Shown in pieces: positions 37,191-50,100 of a stretch of DNA of 64,000 nucleotides. The stretch covers positions 54,312,001 through 54,376,000 of the forward strand of contig CM060734.1 of assembly GCA_030704615.1 (NCBI GenBank). The letters run 5' to 3'. The DNA is from Takakia lepidozioides (taxonomy: Eukaryota > Plantae > Bryophyta). The notes beneath the pieces are model-generated. The model had not been told where the DNA came from and made no database searches. It saw only the letters and a program-made list of their open reading frames with translations. The position numbers were made by a program, and so were the translations under genes. How positions within the stretch are numbered: position 1 is the first letter of the stretch; every line of letters begins with the position of its first letter.

Positions 37191-38495
37191 TTACCCCTTC
37201 CCCACTCAAAATGTCGCGCGGGCTTTTACTCACCCATCCCTTCGCTATTCGAGCGGAAACTCCAAGATAGAAGAGTTGGAAATCTAAGTACTCAGCCCGC
37301 ACAGAACAATCAGTCATGACCTACAGCTAGTGTATCATGGGGGTGTTTCCTATTTGTTTCCCTTTTGGTATTCATGTTAGCTATCTTACCCTTGATAATT
37401 AAGTATCAGTTTGCTTTATCAATCTATTGGATTCCATCAACTCATCCATTCATTCACAGCTTCACTCAGATCTCTCTACACAGTGTGATTGTATCGTAAA
37501 AGTATCCGATTATGATTTATCAGGTATCAGGCCGAAGCCATTGTGTCTCAATCTCTCTACATATCATTACAGCCTTGCATATATCAAGCATTACTCATCA
37601 TCTCTCTATCTTCTTCCGTTCTTCATTTTGCCCGATCCCCTCTCCTCCATGACCAAGAAGTCCTCCTCCGAATGATATCCCTCGATTCCCCGTTTTTCCC
37701 TTTATCTTCCTATCCGTGGTTCTAACCGTTTCCCTCACTAACCGTCGTCTGTGAACTAACATGTTCCCTTCGCAGGTGTTGTTCCCCACAGTCGTTCCCT
37801 GTCCTACTCTTCGTTCCTATGATCGTGACAGCTGTGTCAAGCTGTGAGCTGTGTGAAAACTGTGACCGGCTGTGACTGGCTGTGCGACTGTGTTTGGTTG
37901 TGTCGGGCTGTGGGGCTGTGTTGGCTGTGCCGGGCTGTGTCTGCTCTGATGACTGTGACGGGCTGTGTTGGCTGTGTCGGCTGTGTCTGCTGTGACGACT
38001 GACGATGTTGTAACCCCTCTACAGTGCGCTGCTGTCACCCTAAGGCTCCTGTTGGTCTCAGTCTGTGCAAAAAATAAGGGTACCCTACAGATCCCGTATA
38101 AGTGTCTAAGTCCCCGACAGTCCTCTACATTACCCCTTCCCCCCTCAAAATGTCGCGCGGCTTTTACTCACCCATCCCTTCGCTATTCGAGGCGGAAACT
38201 CCAAGATAGAAGAGTTGGAAATCTCTAAGTACTCAGCCCGCGCAGAACAATCAGTCATGACCTACAGCTAGTGTATCATGGGGGTGTTTCCTATTGTTTC
38301 CCTTTTGGTATTCATGTTAGCTATCTTACCCTTGATAATTAAGTATCAGTTTGCTTTATCAATCTATTGGATTCCATCAACTCATCCATTCATTTCACAG
38401 CTTCACTCAGATCTCTCTAACAGTGTGATTGTATCGTAAAAGTATCCGATTATGATTATCAGGTATCAGGCCGAAGCCATTGTGTCTCCAATCTA
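37191..38495 (-). repeat. Extra tandem LTRs (37212-38129 complete, 38151-38495 partial), each separated only by a 21-bp PPT
   Basis: Spacers TTACCCCTTCCCCACTCAAAA (37191-37211) and TTACCCCTTCCCCCCTCAAAA (38130-38150). Confidence 0.9.
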
Positions 38496-39110
38496 CAAGG
38501 CTGTAATGATATTGTAGAGTAGATTAGAGACACAATGGCTTCGGCCTGATACCTGATAAATCATAATCGGATATTTTTACGATACAATCACACTGTGTAG
38601 AGAGATCTGAGTGAAGCTTGTGAAATGAATGGATGAGTTGATGGAATCCAATAGATTGATAAAGCAAACTGACTTAATTATCAAGGGTAAGATAGCTAAC
38701 ATGATACCAAAAGGGAAACAAATAGGAACCACCCCATGATACACTAGCTGTAGGTCATGACTGATTGTTCTGCGCGGGCTGAGTACTTAGAGATTTCCAA
38801 CTCTTCTATCTTGGAGTTTCCGCCTCGAATAGCGAGGGATGGGTGAGTAAAAGCCGCGCGACATTTTGAGGGGGGGGGGTAATGTTAGAGGACTGTCGGG
38901 GATAGACACTTATACGGGATCTGTAGGGTACCCTTAATTTTTGCACAGACTGAGACAACAGGAGCCTTAGGGGTGACGCAGCGCACTGTAGAGGGGGGTT
39001 ACACAGTCGACACAGCCAACACAGCCCGTCACAGTCGTCAGCAGACACAGCCGACACAGCCCGTCACAGTCGTCACTTCAGACACAGTCGTCACCGACAC
39101 AGCCAGTCAC
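38496..39110 (+). repeat. Inverted (fold-back) LTR pieces: LTR end 38496-38863, PPT, LTR start 38883-39110
   Basis: Reverse complement of about 37900-38490. Confidence 0.9.
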
Positions 39111-40799
39111 TTTGGATGGACGGGCAGCCAAGTTGGCATACATGAAGACCATGAGGGGGCTGAAGGGTAGAGCACTGAAGAAGGCGACTGCCGAAGAGCC
39201 TTCCGACACCCCAGGATTTCAGAATATGGTCTCGTTCTTTGAGAGGGGTGTGTGCAGACAAGGATTGTAGGAGGGGCGGAAATGCCACGAGTGGTCTTGC
39301 GATATGATCATCTTGGATATTCCGGACGGAGAGCCTGTGGAAGGACTGCAAGCTTTGCCATCTTGGAACAGGTACTCGGAGGACTTTTGGAAGAAAGGAT
39401 TCGGGCTTGCCCGCATGGTGTTGGACGACAGAGGCTGTGTGGTTCCTGGCGAGCAGAGGAAAAACACTCAGACAGGAATTGCGAAGTGGACCCGCAAGAG
39501 CGCCGTCCCGATTCTGAAAAGAAGTGGACGTGCATCAACACACTGGGCCTTTGGTCGGAAGGGAAGAAGGTGATTACGACACTGGCACTCGTCCATTCAT
39601 TTGCTTGGGTGTTTTCAAATGCGGTGCCGCATTCGGTTTCTAATCGTTCCCCCTGTGTATGCAGACGAAGCAGTTCGATGCATACTGCTTTGTGAAGGAT
39701 AACTCCACCTTTGCTTTCCGGAAGGAGGGAGGAAAGGTTGACCCGAACTGCGACCCCCTCGATTACGACGTTCTGTTCAACAACGTTCCCAAGGAACTTC
39801 TCCCTCATAGCCTCACTTCAACGGAACCCCTGCGGTACTCACGGACTCGGAGCCCTGCCTTCATTCAGACAATTATGGAGACATGCACAGACGTGGAGGG
39901 CACGTGCTCGACCTCATCTGTGGGACAGGTATGCAGATCTTGATCTATGCTGTTCTGCAAATTCTCGTTAGGATGTAGTTCGCAACATCTGAAGCGCCAT
40001 GTGGTAATGTGTGGATGGCATTGTAACAGGTGCCTCAATGTGGGCTGGGCGGTTTTCCGACCGGCACCTCTTTGCCTACGAGGAGGATTCATCCGTGTGG
40101 GGATCCCATCTGGAAGGGCTGCAACGGAATGTTAAGGCTCCCGACAGAGCGGAAGTCTCCTCGGATTCGTCGGAGTCCGAGGAAGACACAGTGGACATTG
40201 ATGCGGAGGAGAACCCGGAATACGAGTGAGTGCAAACATTGTAAGTTTGCAAAGCCTTCTGGGTCATTTTTGTCAAACGAATTTCCCGACTGTGGTTCTC
40301 ATTAGTCTCGTTGATGATTGTCATGTGCAGGATTGCAGGGTCCGGGTCGAAACATGTAGGGCCTACACTTCCTGCCAGGAAGAATGTCCCGTTCTTTGCG
40401 AGGGCCGACTTCATGACGAGCCCGGTGAGGGACTACTCCCTTCCTAGTTATGCAGCTAAACTCGCAAATACAGCGATTAGAAGAAGTGAGAATCCCAGTA
40501 AAGTAGAGCAGATTTTGGAGAGGGCTAGGGAGGACAGAAGGATAAGGAAAGAGTTGGCAGCAGCTCAGACAGGTAGACGGGTACGAAAGTACATATGTGA
40601 TTCAGCGGATGAGAGCGACGCAGACAGGGAGGAAGACGACCCAACGGAGGTGAGATGGACAGTTCCGCAAGGGGAAGATGGGATTTTCGAAAGCCTGGCC
40701 AACGAGCAGTCCGCTGGAGATGAGAAAGGCACTGAGGGGGTGGAGGCGGAGCAGGATAGTCTAGAACAGGATGAGGATTCGGATGATTTTCAAGATTAA
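39111..40799 (+). pseudogene. 3' half (MTase-like domain and acidic tail) of the family-B ParB-MTase gene
   Basis: WSCDMIILDIPDG (DIPD at 39316-39327), RSPAFIQTIMETCTDVEGT and GASMWAGRFSDRHLFAYEED. Confidence 0.8.
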
Positions 40800-40939
40800 T
40801 AGAATTTTAATGAAGTCTTTGTAAATGTAAATTCTCTTCCAGAGTATATAAAGGAAATTCTGCCCGACATTCGTGACCCTCTCCAGTGTGCATTCCAGCC
40901 ACACAATCGCCCAAACCACGACGCTCCCAAAATCAAAAA

Positions 40940-41502
40940 TGGGGCACCGCATTTCCAAAATTTTGGCAACTCTAAGAACCTCTTTTGGAAATGCGGCACC
41001 GCATTTCCAAAACAGGGGAGGGACTAAATTTTCCATTTCAATGTTGGCATAGTAAAAAGTAATCGGCCGATTGGAAATGCGGTGCCGCATTTCCAAAATT
41101 TCCTTTGTCCACACGCCAGTTTTGGCCTCTCCCGCTCATTGCATGGATGCCACCACGCTTACAGAGGTCGAACAAGGAGGTCGAGATGGCGGAATTGAAA
41201 ATGCGGTGCCGCATTTCATATTGGGGATGGTCGTTGTTCGAACTGCAGGCCCATCAGCAAAAATTGGCACCGCATTCCATTGTAAAAGAAAAGTCGATGA
41301 CGGACATGGAAATGCGGCGCCGCATTTCCAGAACGGACATCGCAATTTGTCCATTTGCAGACCCTCTCACAGAAATGCGGTAACGCATTCCATCGCGCTG
41401 GTCGGAAATGTCACACTTTCGAAGTGTGGACGGAAATGCTGCACCGCATTCCCTTGTCCAAAAGAATTTCCATTGCCAAGCTGGAAATGCGTCGCGCATT
41501 CT
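40940..41502. repeat. Family-B palindrome cluster GGAAATGCGGYRCCGCATTTCC
   Basis: About 9 copies; mirror of 46477-47000. Confidence 0.9.
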
Positions 41503-41899
41503 GGTTTGAACATAGCATAATCGTGGCCATGATAAGGGCAGTCGGCTGGATTTCGGCGGCACGGCATCCTTGAAAAAAGAGTAGCGGAGTACGCTCAATG
41601 ACAGCAGCTCCCGGATGGAGGAGGAGCAGCGCGGTGGCTGGAAAAAGTTCAAGCTAACGCTGCAATTCCTCACAAACACTCCAGGGCACATTTAAATTCC
41701 CCCCTACAGGATCCTGGACCGATGAAGATTGGCTGCTTCATGAATGTAGCCGTTTCAGTTTCCTACCCTGCCATGCAAACTATGGGCACTCACTGCCAGG
41801 TGGGCCGATAGCCACTGGACACGACAAAGTCCATCCCCTCTTCGATGTAAATGCGGCGCCGAATTTCCATCCGGGGGGATGGACTTCGGTGGCAGATCT

Positions 41900-42682
41900 C
41901 AAACTATAACTTGTTGATGAGAAGATGTATGGGTTATCCACCGCCGGCGTGATGAACACGTTCCACCTCCGTCGGTGGGTACGTGGGACCCAGATGCTCC
42001 ATTATTGGAGGCCGGACTGCTCTTCCGCTTCGCATCATTTCCAAATCTAAGGGCTTCGTAGCTATCCGCAAGGTCATTGTCATCTGCATCCAAGTCGTCC
42101 TCAGGTCCTCCTTTGCAAGGATGCCGTGCTTCCGGAGCCGGGACGACTGCCCATTTGGAGGCATCGATTATGCAATGTATTCGGCCACATCGGGAGACAT
42201 TGTTATCTGGTACACAGATTACAGAGAAGATACTGGTTCGATTGTGGAAATTGGTGGCTTTTGAGTATATCCTAGGCCACTACGCCTTCGAGCGGGGTGA
42301 CGGTCTTGGTCTGAGGAGTCCGTGGCTCCTGCGCATCCTCGATTCCGATTTTCCCAGCTACGACGGTCACCCATGCAGAAGAAGGCGCACTGCTATGCTG
42401 TTGCGGTGGAACTGCTGCCACTGGACGTGGGTGGACTCCATCAGAGAGACCTATTCTCCTCAAGGAGTGCGCTCCTCTTCTCCATTGTATGGGGACATTC
42501 GCATTGGTGTGGACGACGAAAACGTGAAGATTTCCATATTCGATGGTGGTATGATTGAAGGGCAGGACATTGTGGTGAACATCACTAGGGGCGGTACAAC
42601 GGCTGCAATCGACTTTACATGGAGGAGCCCCATGACTCATGAGCTAGTTCTGAGAGCAGTCGAAGTCCCATTGACAACGTGA
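41900..42682 (+). CDS. Third MULE-B cargo ORF, unknown function, frameshifted
   Basis: ORFs ending ...HELVLRAVEVPLTT* are conserved with 45248-46130 (-). Confidence 0.4.
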
Positions 42683-43626
42683 CTTGTATTCAGTAGGCAC
42701 AGGGCTAAAGATTTGATGCACAATCAGCACAATAGACGTGCTTCAAATGCAATTCATGTGGATCAATAAAAACCTCATTGTGCCCTCTTTTTATTCTATT
42801 CTGTGTCCATCGTTCCGAGAATGCGTCATTGCTCATTTCGTTTGGGATTGGGAGTGTGGGTGGATTTTGCAAGTGGCTGGTAGGCTGAAATGGGCCCCAT
42901 TGTACAGAGCAGTACCACCCTACCATTCGCGAAACATTGCCTTTCAATATATAATTCTAAATAACATTGCCGAACCTCCTTCATCGGGAGGTCCTTCTCC
43001 CCCTATGACCGTGGCACCCTAAACCCTATTTCCCGCGGACACTCATTTCGGAAAATAGTGCTGCTCATGTTTTTTTCCACACTTACGACTCTGCTCATGG
43101 CTCATGCCGCTCATGGCTCATGGCTCATGAAATAGCAGCCCCGATCAAGAGAGCAAATGACGAGGCGTCACATGCAAGATGGTGCAGCGCTTAGGCAGCA
43201 TATGAACTTGGAGACAGATAAGCAGAAGAGCATGTAGGAAGTGAGAGTGAGGTCGCCGCAGTCGCAGTGACGGCTGAGCAGTGAGCGTAGGTAACTAGAC
43301 AGTGCCAGCCGAGTTCATGCACGAAGACAACAGAACAGAGGAGGAGCAGTGGACGCCATACAGGGAGAAAGTCTGCAAACCCTACATCAGACAGAAATGG
43401 TGATCATTCAATATCCGCATAATACTGTTTCTTAGTCTTGATGTTTTCCATTCCATGTGGGATTCAATACATTGTTTTTTTTAGTTCAGACCGATGAAAA
43501 AGGGAAGAGCAAAGCTGTAGAGGGCGATCCGAGCGATGCAGCCATGAAGCCGAAGAAGGCGAAGGGATCTGTAAGTTCTCTCAACACACTTCTCCCTCTT
43601 TACTGATGGTCCCCCGATGTGAGAAA

Positions 43627-44781
43627 AGCGATCATCGGTGGCGATCATCGCTTTACAAAAGAATGTAGTTGGTGTCGTATTTCAGCAGATTCAGGAAGGC
43701 AGGCAGGCAGGAAAGAATATGTATCAAGGCGAAAGTGATGATCGGTGCCGACCATCACCTTCGCCATTGCTTTATTTAAGCAAAGAATGCGATTTTCATT
43801 GTGATTCAAGAGTGACAGGGAACTAAAGACGCGTCTTGCAATGACGTCGAAGCGATGATCGGTAACGATCATCGCTTTAAGGTCCATTCCCTTCTTGTTC
43901 AGAAAGTTTAGAAATGGCGTGGTCGTTCAGGAAAGTGATGATCGGTGCCGACCATCACATTCAGCTCCCATGTTGTGCATCCTTGGCACTTACATAGTGA
44001 TGGTCGGTACCGATCATCACTTTCGGTAATGACTGCCTGTTAACCCAAAATCCTATCTCGCACTGGAAGCCTTTGTAGAATGAAATGCTTTAGGTGGAGA
44101 AATGTCAATTCCACTTCAGATTTGGAATTGCAGTAACAGAAGAGCGATGGTCGGTGGCGACCATCGCCTCCAAGTCCATTTCTTTGCTCTATATCTCATA
44201 CAATGAAATGCAAAATTCTGCTATGAAGTGATGATCGGTGCCGACCATCACATCCAGACCTATGGGTTGTGCTTCCCAAGGCAGGTGATTGTGATGATCG
44301 GTACCGATCATCACTGTTTGAACGGTTGGCAATACACCAAAATCCAAAAGGAGACCAAGTTCAGGGGTGAAAGAAGGGATTCTGACTAAGAGTGATGATC
44401 GGTGCCGACCATCACACTCAGACCTCATGGGGGTTTGCTTCCTAATGCAATCTGATTGTGATGATCGGTACTGATCATCACTTTTAAAACAGATTGGCAA
44501 TGCACCAGAATCCAAAGAGGAGATCAAGTTCAGTGAGTGATAGAAGGGATTCTGACTTATAGTGATGATCGGTGCCGACCATCACATTCAGACCTCGTGG
44601 GTGTTTGCATCCCAATGCTGTCTTGTGGTGATGTGCGGTACCGACCATCGCTTGCATCATCATGAAGGGTCGGCACCAATCATCGCAGTCTAGTGAGAAC
44701 TGAGTCAAGGTGCATTGGGAAACCAACTAGAATTTCCATTCATTTGTTAGAGACAAAGTGATGGTCGGTACCGATCGTCAC
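43627..44781. repeat. Lineage-C palindrome array, consensus GTGATGATCGGTRCCGAYCATCAC
   Basis: About 14 copies (43627, 43735, 43852, 43935, 43997, 44144, 44228, 44291, 44392, 44458, 44562, 44628, 44665, 44758). Confidence 0.9.
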
Positions 44782-45247
44782 TGTGTTGGGGGCTGCTATT
44801 TCATGAGCCATGAGCCATGAGCGGCATGAGCCATGAGCAGAGTCGTAAGTGTGGAAAAAAACATGAGCAGCACTATTTTCCGGAAATGAGTGTCCGGGAA
44901 TAGGGTTTAGGGTGCCACGGTCATAGGGGGAGAAGGACCTCCCGATGAAGGAGGTTCGGCAATGTTATTTAGAATTATATATTGAAAGGCAATGTTTCGC
45001 GAATGGTAGGGTGGTACTGCTCTGTACAATGGGGGCCCATTTCAGCCTACCAGCCATTTGCAAAATTCACCCACACTCCCAATCCCAAACGAAATGAGCA
45101 ATGACGCATTCTCGGAACAATGGACACAGAATAGAATAAAAAGAGGGCACAATGAGGTTTTTATTGATCCACATGAATTGCATTTGAAGCACGTCTACTG
45201 TGCTGATTGTGCCTCAAATCTTGAGCCCTGTGCCTACTGAATACAAG

Positions 45248-46130
45248 TCACGTTGTCAATGGGACTTCGACTGCTCTCAGAACTAGCTCATGAGTCCTGG
45301 GGCTCCTCCATGTAAAGTCGATTGCAGCCGTTGTACCGCCCCTAGTGATGTTCACCACAATGTCCTGCCCTTCAATCATACCACCATCGAATATGGAAAT
45401 CTTCACGTTTTCGTCGTCCACACCAATGCGAATGTCCCCATACAATGGAGAAGAGGAGCGCACTCCTCGAGGAGAATAGGTCTCTCCGATGGAGTCCACC
45501 CACGTCCAGTGGCAGCAGTTCCACCGCAACAGCATAGCAGTGCGCCTTCTTCTGCATGGGTGACCGTCGTAGCTGGGAAAATCGGAATCGAGGATGCGCA
45601 GGAGCCACGGACTCCTCAAACCAAGATCGTCACCCCGCTCGAAGGCGTAGTGGCCTACGATATATACTCAAAAGCCACCAATGTTTCCACAATCGAACCA
45701 GTATCTTCTGTGTAATCTGTGTACCAGATAACAATGTCTCCCGATGTGGCCGAATACATTGCATAATCGATGCCTCCAAAGGGGCAGTCGTCCCGGTTCC
45801 GGAAGCACGGCATCCTTGCAAAGGAGGACCTGAGGACGACTTGGATGCCGATGACCTTGCGGACAGCTACGAAGCCCTTAGATTTTGGAAAAGATACGAA
45901 GCGGAAGAGCAGTCCGGCCTCCAAAATGGAGCATCTGGGTCACACGTACCCACGACCGTGTTCATCACGCCAGCGGTGGATGAACCCATACATCTTTCTC
46001 ATCAACAAGTTATAGTTTGAGATCTGCCACCGAAGTCCATCCCCCCGGATGGAAATTCGGCGCCGCATTTACATCGAAGAGGGGATGGACTTCGTCGTGT
46101 CCAGTGCTATCGGCCACTGGCAGGAATGTG
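45248..46130 (-). CDS. Third cargo ORF of MULE-B, unknown function, frameshifted; 5' end unclear
   Basis: ORFs 45655-45924 and 45248-45619 lie on the same strand and are shared with the copy at 41900-42682. Confidence 0.4.
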
Positions 46131-47000
46131 CCCTGGAATGTACCTCACTCTGTATGACTGTGTTTCATTGTGTTGAATAACTCTCGGATTTGGCCCACTG
46201 TTTACAATTTGATGTCTCATTTCTACAATTTGTCTGTCGGTTGAATAAAGCAGAGTAACCGGTATGTGAGTCATGTGTCAAGAATATACCAGAGTAACGC
46301 CATGTCGGACATTGAATTCGAAATGCGGCGCCGCATTTCCATGTCGGATCGAAATTTCCATGTAATGCATTTCCATGTGAAATTTTCCACAAGAAAATGC
46401 GGTGCATCATTTCCGTCCAGGTACACGAAATACCAACACGGGTCTATAAATTGATCAGAAAACGAGGTTGGCATTGCAAATGCGGCGACGCATTTCCAGC
46501 TTGGCAATGGAAACTTCTTTTTGGACAAGGGAATGCGGTGCCGCATTTCCGTCCAACACTTCGAAAAGTGCACCTATTTCCGACCAGCGCGATGGAATGC
46601 GTTACCGCATTTCCGAGAGAGGGTCTGCAAATGGACAAATTGCGATGTCCGTTCTGGAAATGCGGCGCCGCATTTCCATGTCCGTCATCGACTTTTTTTT
46701 ACAATGGAATGCGGTGCCATTTTTGCTGATGGGTCTGCAGTTCGAACAACCACCATCCCCAATATGGAAATGCGGCACCGCATTTCCAATCCGCCATGTC
46801 GGCCTCCTTGTTCGACCTCCACCTCTGTAAGCGTGGTGGCATCCATGCAATGAGCGGAGAGGCCAAAACTGGCGTGTGGACAAAGGAAATTTTGGAAATG
46901 CGGCACCGCATTCCAATTCAGATTACTTTTTACTATGCCAACATTGAAATGGAAAAATTAGTCCCTCCCCTGTTTTGGAAATGCGGTGCCGCATTTCCAA
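46050..47000. repeat. Family-B palindrome cluster between the ParB-MTase gene and the third ORF
   Basis: About 11 copies of GGAAATGCGGYRCCGCATTTCC variants. Confidence 0.9.
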
Positions 47001-47181
47001 AAGAGGTTCTTAGAGTTGCCAAAATTTTGGAAATGCCTGACCCATTTCTGATTTTGGGAGTCCTGGTTTGGGCGATTGTGTGGCTGGAATGCACACTGGA
47101 GAGGGGTCACGAATGTCGGGCAGAATTTTTTATATACTCTGGAAGAGAATTTACATTTACAGAGACTTCATTAAAATTCTA

Positions 47182-50100
47182 TTAATCTTGAAAATCATCG
47201 GAATCCTCATCCTGTTCTAGACTGTCCTGCTCCTCCTCCACCCCCTCAGTGCCTCTCTCATCTCCAGCGGACTGCTCGTTGGCCAGGCTTTCGAAAATCC
47301 CATCTTCCCCTTGCGGAACTGTCCATCTCACCTCCGTTGGGTCGTCTTCCTCCCTGTCTGCGTCGCTCTCATCCGCTGAATCACATATGTACTTTCGTAC
47401 CCGTCTACCTGTCTGAGCTGCTGCCAACTCTTCCTTATCCTTCTGTCCTCCCTAGCCCTCTCCAAAATCTGCTCTACTTTACTGGGATTCTCACTTCTTC
47501 TAATCGCTGTATTTGCGAGTTTAGCTGCATAACTAGGAAGGGAGTAGTCCCTCACCGGGCTCGTCATGAAGTCGGCCCTCGCAAAGAACGGGACATTCTT
47601 CCTGGCAGGAAGTGTAGGCCCTACATGTTTCGACCGGACCCTGCAATCCTGCACATGACAATCATCAACGAGACTAATGAGAACCACAGTCGGAAATTCT
47701 TTGACATAAATGACCCAGAAGGCTTTGCAAACTTACAATGTTTGCACTCACTCGTATTCCGGGTTCTCCTGCATCAATGTCCACTGTGTCTTCCTCGGAC
47801 TCCGACGAATCCGAGGAGACTTCCGCTCTGTCGGGAGCCTTCACATTCCGTTGCAGCCCTCCAGATGGGATCCCCCACGGATGAATCCTCCTCGTAGGCA
47901 AAGAGGTGCCGGTCGGAAAACCGCCCAGCCCACATTGAGGCACCTGTTACAATGCCATCCACACATTACCACATGGCGCTTCAGATGTTGCGAACTACAT
48001 CCTAACGAGAATTTGCAGAACAGCAGAGATCAAGATTCTGCATACCTGTCCCACAGATGAGGTCCAGCACTGTGCCCTCCACGTCTGTGCATGTCTCCAT
48101 AATTGTCTGAATGAAGGCAGGGCTCCGAGTCCGTGAGTACCGCAGGGGTTCCGTTTGAGTGAGGCTATGAGGGAGAAGTTCCTTGGGAACGTTGTTGAAC
48201 AGAACGTCGTAATCGAGTGGGTCGCAGTTCGGGTCAACCTTTCCTCCCTCCTTCCGGAAAGCAAAGGTGGAGTTTTCCTTCACAAAGCAGTATGCATCGA
48301 ACTGCTTCGTCTGCATACACAGGGGGAAAACGATTAGAAACCGAATGCGGCACCGCATTTGAAAAGCACCCAAGCAAATGAATGGACGAGTGCCAGTGTC
48401 GTAATCACCTTCTTCCCTTCCGACCGAAGGCCCAGTGTGTTGATGCACGTCCACTTCTTTTTCAGAATCGGGACGGCGCTCTTGCGGGTCCACTTCGCAA
48501 TTCCTGTCTGAGTGTTTTTTCCTCTGCTCGCCAGGACAACCACACAGCCTCTGTCGTCCAACACCATGCGGGCAAGCCCGAATCCTTTCTTCCAAAAGTC
48601 CTCCGAGTACCTGTTCCAAGATGGCAAAGCTTGCAGTCCTTCCACAGGCTCTCCGTCCGGAATATCCAAGATGATCATATCGCAAGACCACTCGGTGGCA
48701 TTTCCGCCCCTCCTACAATCCTTGTCTGCACACACCCTCTCAAAGAACGAGACCATATTCTGAAATCCTGGGGTGTCGGAAGGCTCTTCGGCAGTCGCCT
48801 TCTTCAGTGCTCTGCCCTTCAGACCCTCCATGGTCTTCATGTATGCCAACTTGGCTGCCCGTCCATCCAAAGCCGCCAAGAAACTCTCATTTACACACTG
48901 GACTACAGTTTCGGGAGCCACTTTCGGCCTCTTCATTTCCACCGGCTCGAAAGGGTGCCCCCTGGGGGGTTGAAGAGTGCCTTCTTTGCCGAGCCAGTTC
49001 TCGTGCCTCTCGTGACAACGGTGGGCACAGGGGAGGCAGCCTGCGTTTGGGGGGGTGGGCTGGTTGCAAAGTCTCCATCGGAGTCCTCTTCCTCACCCTC
49101 TTCCTGAACAGGCTGTTTCTGCTTCTTCGTTTTGGCGGGTGTCACAACAGCTGCTCCTTGCTGGCGAGTCCTCTTCTTCGACCCCTTCTGTTGGGCCTGC
49201 ACAGCTGCATCCACCGTCTTTTGTGCCATCAGCTGCCTTTCTGGATTCTTCCAGAGCAGCAGATTCCTTTGCCGACTTTGGCCCAGCAGGGACACGTCTT
49301 TCCTTTCTCTTCTCTTCTGCCAAGGCGTGCAGATCTTTCTCAGACTCGTCAACAATACCGCCAGACATGTCCAGGTACCACGGGCATCCAACGAGATGCG
49401 GGATGCCATTGTTTCTGCATCTCGGGTGTGTAGACACAGCTTGGGCCCGCCACGGTCCAAGCCATGAAGAACGGGGGCTCTTGAGCCAGGGCCCCTGTCT
49501 GAAGGAGCACGTATTTCATATACCTGCAAGGCAGTCAGCATGCGTGAGCAAAAACTTGAGACCAACCTACTGGCAGAGTGCCACCGAAAACATAAAATGC
49601 GAATGCGGTGCCGCATTTCGAGACAAACCTCGTAACCAGGCTTCGCATACAAGGGCAGCTGTGCTTCACCTGTAAACAATTCGCATTGCAGCTTTCCCCG
49701 CTCCCTCCTGATGTGTAAACTCCACGCTCCTTCTTGCTGTCTGTAGCTCTCTGGCGAAAAGGTTGTCCTTGTACGCACATCTGAAACGTGTCACGTAGTC
49801 TTCCAATGTCTGTGTTCCATCCCATTTGACGTACAAGCCGAACGAATTTGTGTGCATTACGACTTGCTCCTTCGCATTCGACATTACCTGCCATTCCCAA
49901 ATGCATTGTCACGTAGCAGTTCAGGGAATTCATGTCAGAAAAGCAAATCTGGGGAAGTACCTTGAATTACCTGGAACCACCAAGTCATACGGTTGAGCCA
50001 CACATCCACTGCAGGGTCGGAAACTTCCAGTGGAAAAGACCACATTGTCCTTATGCTCTCGGATGCATTCCAGATCGACAGCCACCGTGTCTGCCATTTC

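Larger units (their letters stand above)
39111..43142 (-). mobile_element. MULE family B, truncated inverted copy (about 4 kb of the left end)
   Basis: Reverse complement of 44789-48871. Ends ...GCTCATGAAATAGCAGCCCC at 43142. Confidence 0.92.

Noticed and set aside
39111-48871. One giant element with 4-kb TIRs
   Set aside because: The arms are two left ends of separate MULE-B copies flanking lineage-C DNA, and the right copy has its own TSD.
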